A stretch of DNA of 64,000 bases from an uncultured Pseudodesulfovibrio sp. GTDB lineage: Bacteria; Desulfobacterota; Desulfovibrionia; Desulfovibrionales; Desulfovibrionaceae. The notes under the pieces are model-generated. The model saw only the letters and a list, made by a program, of their open reading frames with translations. It did no database searches and was not told the DNA's origin. Made by a program: the position numbers and the translations under genes. Below are positions 59,829 to 64,000 of this stretch, in pieces. The stretch is taken from positions 1,431,518 to 1,495,517 of the forward strand of contig OY782498.1 of the NCBI GenBank assembly GCA_963677845.1, written 5' to 3'. Each line of letters starts with the position of its first letter. Position 1 is the stretch's first letter.

Positions 59829-61025
59829 ATGAAAGTACTGTACCTTATCGCCGACGGAATGGGTGGTTGGCCGCTAGACGAACTTGGCGGCAAAACCACC
59901 ATGGAAGCGGCACATACACCAAACATGGACGAACTGGCCAAGACCGGCATAATCGGTCGTGCCCAGACGGTACCTGCGGGCATGCCCCCCGGTTCTGATG
60001 TCGCGAACATGTCACTGCTCGGCTTTGATCCTGCCACCTATCACACTGGCCGTGGACCTATCGAAGCTGCGGCTCAGGGACTTGAACTTGGAGCAGATGA
60101 TCTGGTCTGGCGATTAAATTTGGTCACTGTTTCCAAGTTGACCATTGATGGCTACATGCGCGACTACTCGTCAGGACATATCTCCACAGATGTTTCGAGG
60201 CCTGTAGTAGAAACGTTGCAGGAAAGGCTTGGTGACGACACCTACACTTTCTACCCAGGAATCCAATATCGCCATCTGTTGGTACAAAAAGACGGTGCTC
60301 TTACTGAAGATGCCGACTTGCTCATCAGCCCCCCTCATGACATCACGGACAAATCCATCAAACCGGACTTGCGTGCTTTTTCCCGTAGTCCGTTCCTTTG
60401 GGATTTGGTATTCGAGGCCAAAGAGATACTCGCAGACAGAGCCATAAACATGTCCATGGCGAACTCCATCTGGCCATGGGGACAAGGTCGCCCGCTTAAC
60501 CTGCCGAATTTCAAAGAAACTTCTGGCATGAAAGGTGCGGTTATCTCTGCTGTAGACCTGATTAAAGGACTGGGCAATGCTTCCGGTATGGATGTCATTG
60601 ACGTTGAAGGTGCAACGGGCCTGTTAGAAACGAACTATCAAGGCAAAGTTGATGCGGCACTCAGGTTCCTTGAAGACAATGACTTCGTATTTGTTCATCT
60701 GGAAGGCCCGGATGAGTGTGGCCATGGCGGTAGCGCCAAGGACAAAGTAGAGGCAATCAACCGATTCGATGCCCGTGTAGTCGCCCCGCTTCGAAAAGCA
60801 CTCAAGGATCAGGAAACCGCGTGGATCATTACTTGTGACCACTTCACTCCTATTGTCGAGCGCACACACACAATGGATGCGGTGCCCTTCATTCTTAATG
60901 GCCCCGGATGTAATGCTTCCGGCATTGAGTCCTTCAGTGAGCAATCGGCAGATTCTACTGGCCTGAAGCTGGAAAAAGGCCATGAACTTCTCTCATTCGC
61001 ATTGAAAAAATTCGGATTAAAATAA
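59829..61025 (+). CDS. ApgM-family (archaeal-type cofactor-independent phosphoglycerate mutase-like) metalloenzyme; possible non-canonical homoserine kinase
   Basis: MKVLYLIADGMGGWP, GSDVANMSLLG and HLEGPDECGHGG motifs. It lies immediately downstream of hom. Confidence 0.8.
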   Translation: MKVLYLIADGMGGWPLDELGGKTTMEAAHTPNMDELAKTGIIGRAQTVPAGMPPGSDVANMSLLGFDPATYHTGRGPIEAAAQGLELGADDLVWRLNLVTVSKLTIDGYMRDYSSGHISTDVSRPVVETLQERLGDDTYTFYPGIQYRHLLVQKDGALTEDADLLISPPHDITDKSIKPDLRAFSRSPFLWDLVFEAKEILADRAINMSMANSIWPWGQGRPLNLPNFKETSGMKGAVISAVDLIKGLGNASGMDVIDVEGATGLLETNYQGKVDAALRFLEDNDFVFVHLEGPDECGHGGSAKDKVEAINRFDARVVAPLRKALKDQETAWIITCDHFTPIVERTHTMDAVPFILNGPGCNASGIESFSEQSADSTGLKLEKGHELLSFALKKFGLK

Positions 61026-61441
61026 TGGCACGCACATCAGATTTTCCCGCGTGTGACAGCTGGTATTCGCACTTCATTTCTTATGGCGAAACCGATGCCA
61101 TGGGTGTGGTGTATCACGCTGAATATCTGCATCTTTTCGAACGGGCACGGAGTAAACTCATCAGAGAGTCGGGCATGAGTTACGCCGAGACAGAACGTCG
61201 AGGTATTATGTTACCTGTCCGCGAGGCACAATGCAGATATCGCGTCCCCATCAGGTATGATGAGGAAATTCATATCCATGTAGGCATCGAAAAATGGGGC
61301 CGAGCTTCAGTCGATTTCATTTATGAAATCTGGAATCGAGAAAAACACACACTCCATTCAACCGGCAAGACTAGTCACGCCTGCGTTAACATGGAAGGAA
61401 GGCCGGTTCGAGTTCCGGACTGGCTTAAAGACCTCTTCTAA
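61025..61441 (+). CDS. YbgC/4HBT-family acyl-CoA thioesterase
   Basis: GETDAMGVVYHAEYLHLFERAR hot-dog fold motif. TAATG overlap with the upstream gene. Confidence 0.75.
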   Translation: MARTSDFPACDSWYSHFISYGETDAMGVVYHAEYLHLFERARSKLIRESGMSYAETERRGIMLPVREAQCRYRVPIRYDEEIHIHVGIEKWGRASVDFIYEIWNREKHTLHSTGKTSHACVNMEGRPVRVPDWLKDLF

Positions 61442-61521
61442 TAAAAAGACGACGAACCAAAAACTCATAATATAAATTGAAATAGCCGGTTGCGACACAT
61501 GCTCCCCGGCAAGGATTTCTC

Positions 61522-62307
61522 ATGCGCATTGACATTCACGCCCACGCCTTTGACCCTAAAATCGCTCACAAGGTTCTAGTACAACTTGAGGATCACTACG
61601 GCATCAAACCTGTTGGTACAGGCAAAGCTGATGATCTTATTCAACGTTTGGATGAAGCCGGTATCGACAAATCCGTTGTGCTGACTGCTGCAACAACTCC
61701 AAGCCAGGTAATTCCGGCTAACAATTGGGCCATTGAACTCAAAAAAAACAACCCTCGTTTTATCCCGTTCGGCACTGTCCACCCCGGATTTGATCATAAC
61801 GCAGAAGAATTGGATCGTTTGGAAATAAATGGTATCCAAGGATTAAAATTCCATCCTGATTTTCAAGGGTTCAGAATGGATGACGAAGATTTTTTCGAAG
61901 TCATGGAACTCGTCCAAGGAAGATTTGTTTGCATGTTCCATGTCGGAGATACTCTGCCCCCTGACGAGAACCCTTCATGTCCCAAAAAAATGGCTGCACT
62001 TCGTAAAAAATTCCCTAAACCGGTCCTTATTGCAGCTCATATGGGCGGCTACCAACACTGGGAGTATGCTATTGAGCATCTTGCGGGGACAGATGTTTAC
62101 GTTGACTGCTCAAGTGTACTGGACTTTGTGGATGACTCACTCCTCAATCGTCTATTCAAAGCCTTTTCGCACGATCACATTCTTTTTGGCAGTGATTATC
62201 CACTGTTCGATGCGGCGACAGAGATCAAGAAAATTGCACGTCGTCTCAATTTGAACGACAGTCAAGTGGATGATCTTCTCAGCCGTGGGGAATCTCTTTT
62301 CGCCTAA
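61522..62307 (+). CDS. Amidohydrolase-2 family metal-dependent hydrolase (TIM barrel)
   Basis: MRIDIHAHAF, ..FHVGD.., AAHMGG and FGSDYPLFD motifs. Confidence 0.7.
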   Translation: MRIDIHAHAFDPKIAHKVLVQLEDHYGIKPVGTGKADDLIQRLDEAGIDKSVVLTAATTPSQVIPANNWAIELKKNNPRFIPFGTVHPGFDHNAEELDRLEINGIQGLKFHPDFQGFRMDDEDFFEVMELVQGRFVCMFHVGDTLPPDENPSCPKKMAALRKKFPKPVLIAAHMGGYQHWEYAIEHLAGTDVYVDCSSVLDFVDDSLLNRLFKAFSHDHILFGSDYPLFDAATEIKKIARRLNLNDSQVDDLLSRGESLFA

Positions 62308-62403
62308 AAAATAAATCAACACATTTTGCAAAATAGGAGTTGATAAAAAGTGCGATCAGATTGTAAGAAGAAAATACCATTCAATGCTTACAAGGGGTAA
62401 TCA

Positions 62404-62625
62404 ATGAAACGTTTCTTCACACTTGTCATGCTGTGTCTCTTTGCTTTCTCTTTGACCGCATGCTTTTCAAAAAAGTACATGATAACAACGAATACAGGCA
62501 AAACTTATATTGCTGACGGTTCTCCAGAATATGATGTCCAAAGCGAGACATATAAATTTGAGGACGACAAAGGGAAAAAGGTCATCCTCAATCAGGAAGA
62601 CATTGAAGTTATTAAAGAACAATGA
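62404..62625 (+). CDS. YgdI/YgdR-family small lipoprotein (DUF903)
   Basis: Lipobox LTAC followed by YMITTNTGKTYIADGSPEYD...YKFEDDKGKKVILNQEDIEVIKE, which parallels E. coli YgdI. Confidence 0.75.
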   Translation: MKRFFTLVMLCLFAFSLTACFSKKYMITTNTGKTYIADGSPEYDVQSETYKFEDDKGKKVILNQEDIEVIKEQ

Positions 62626-62633
62626 TTTTCAAC

Positions 62634-62666
62634 AAAAAAGCCCCGATAAAAATCGGGGCTTTTTTG
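62634..62666. terminator. Bidirectional terminator
   Basis: A6-gccccgat-aaaa-atcggggc-T6. Confidence 0.7.
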
Positions 62667-62685
62667 TAAACAAATACTGATTGAA

Positions 62686-63960
62686 TCAAATCAGATCATT
62701 AATAGATCCGAAATCTGGATCAAAAAGACGTTTATACGTCCGCACCACAAATCCGTCAGTCATCCCGGAAATATAATCACACAACATACGACGCCGCTCA
62801 TATATATCATGATTTTGCAGGGCCATATGATAATGGGCCGGTAAAAGCCGATAACCGGGAGCATCGTTAATCACGTACTCTTCTTCCATAACCGTGAAGA
62901 GTTCACGGAGAATGCGGCCCCCTTTGTATTCAAGTTGATGAACCTGAGGCGTATGAAAGACCAAATTAATGGATAACATTTTCAAGAGGGTACAAAGTGC
63001 CAAGCCCTCTTCCTCAATTTGAATATCAAAACGATAGCGATGTGTTTTCTCTGCAAGGACATTGTCACGTTCGACAAGTTTCGTTCCGTGAATAAATGTT
63101 CCGATCAACCGTGCAAGAAAAGCACTGAAAGTGTCATCCGTGATGGCGGTAGCGAGCCCCTCAAGAAATTCCCGGTCATTACCGGTATATTCTTCATCTT
63201 TGTCATCCATCCAATTTCGAATTTTCTTTATCGTAATAAAGCCAGCACGAATACCATCATCAATGTCATGAATTGAATAAGCGATGTCATCTGCCCAATC
63301 CATGATTCTACATTCAAGCGACTTGAATGAATTCAATGCATTTTCATTTTCAAAAAGAGTAGAAAATTCAACGTCAGGGCTGACAAAATCCAAAATATCC
63401 TTCTGGAAATTATAAATGAAATGATTCTTTTTCTTCTCTGAATCAGCAAACAACACTTTATATTTGAGCATTCCATCAAGAAAAGCCCGTGTGGGATTCA
63501 TGCCGGACCACTGGGTTTTATCCCTGTAAAACAAATCAACCAGAATACGAAGGTTTTGCGCATTCCCTTCAAACCCACCCGATTCAAGCATCAATTCATT
63601 GAGAATCTGTTCTCCAGCGTGACCAAAAGAGGGATGACCGATGTCATGTGCCAAACAAATTGATTCAACCAAATCCTGATCTATCCGGAAATGGTCAGAC
63701 AAAACATCAGAAGAACGATTGAGATGGTTCACTATGGAACGGCCGATTTGCGACACTTCCATGGAATGAGTCAGACGAGTACGGTAAAAATCAAATTCAC
63801 CGGATAGAAAGACCTGTGTCTTATTTTGAAGTCGACGAAAAGCCGGAGAATAAATAATACGATCCCGATCTTGTTCAAATGGAGTACGGCCCTTAACGTT
63901 TTTGGACTGACCACGCCCTATCCACTCTGTATCGAAGTCGCTGTAAAAACTGTTTTTCAC
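62686..63960 (-). CDS. dgt: dGTPase-family HD-domain triphosphohydrolase-like protein
   Basis: FEQDRDRIIYSPAFRRLQNKTQVF, RTRLTHSMEVSQIGRSI and HDIGHPSFGH motifs. Confidence 0.85.
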   Translation of the reverse strand: MKNSFYSDFDTEWIGRGQSKNVKGRTPFEQDRDRIIYSPAFRRLQNKTQVFLSGEFDFYRTRLTHSMEVSQIGRSIVNHLNRSSDVLSDHFRIDQDLVESICLAHDIGHPSFGHAGEQILNELMLESGGFEGNAQNLRILVDLFYRDKTQWSGMNPTRAFLDGMLKYKVLFADSEKKKNHFIYNFQKDILDFVSPDVEFSTLFENENALNSFKSLECRIMDWADDIAYSIHDIDDGIRAGFITIKKIRNWMDDKDEEYTGNDREFLEGLATAITDDTFSAFLARLIGTFIHGTKLVERDNVLAEKTHRYRFDIQIEEEGLALCTLLKMLSINLVFHTPQVHQLEYKGGRILRELFTVMEEEYVINDAPGYRLLPAHYHMALQNHDIYERRRMLCDYISGMTDGFVVRTYKRLFDPDFGSINDLI

Positions 63961-64000
63961 GATTCCTCCTCGTCCTTGGAACTTACGTGGAACTCGGGAT

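Overview
This 64 kb chromosomal window is almost fully coding, and its gene content points to a Desulfovibrio-like (Desulfovibrionales) anaerobe. That assignment is an inference from Hdr/MvhD redox genes, a D. gigas-type ferredoxin, 2-oxoacid:ferredoxin oxidoreductase, selenocysteine use and the layout of the rpoN neighbourhood; no search was run.

Layout:
- 1-14.3 kb: dapA (5' partial), ppaC, then one long minus-strand block of PTS EIIC/EIIB/EIIA(Man), rapZ, ptsN, hpf, rpoN, lptB, lptA-like, lptC, kdsC, kdsA and pyrG. It is followed by purQ-like, tadA and a NifX-like gene.
- 14.5-16.0 kb: tRNA-Ser(CGA), followed by a ~1.4 kb AT-rich islet. The islet is bounded by a 15-nt direct repeat of the tRNA 3' end and carries one orphan 349-aa ORF and no integrase.
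- 16.5-31 kb: a DEAD-box helicase, then an unusual minus-strand redox cluster. Its order is lone IS3-OrfA-like HTH, hdrA, mvhD, FrhB-like Fe-S protein, giant double-HdrA (HdrL-like) with an inserted pseudo-receiver, hdrC, hdrB, tandem Usp, HdrD-like selenoprotein. An orphan sigma-54 activator is transcribed divergently from it.
- 31-35.6 kb: a stretch that looks more AT-rich by eye, holding a GltD-like oxidoreductase, a Prx-like selenoprotein, a cytochrome P460-like protein plus a membrane heme-c protein, an ATL, a DUF1499 lipoprotein and a 59-aa ferredoxin absent from the ORF track.
- 35.9-64 kb: CHASE2 adenylate cyclase, FAD oxidoreductase, accC plus an accA-accD fusion, an EAL-CBS-GGDEF protein, ettA, korAB, ferritin, recD2, recR, ybaB, dnaX, ilvE, alaC-like, hom, apgM-like, thioesterase, amidohydrolase, ygdI-like and a dGTPase.

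Two genes are split in the ORF track by in-frame TGA codons. Each TGA is followed by a hairpin, and I read both as selenocysteine. No CRISPR array, rRNA, intact IS or prophage was seen.

Coordinates I located by hand (hairpins, repeats, revised starts) may be off by 1-2 nt.
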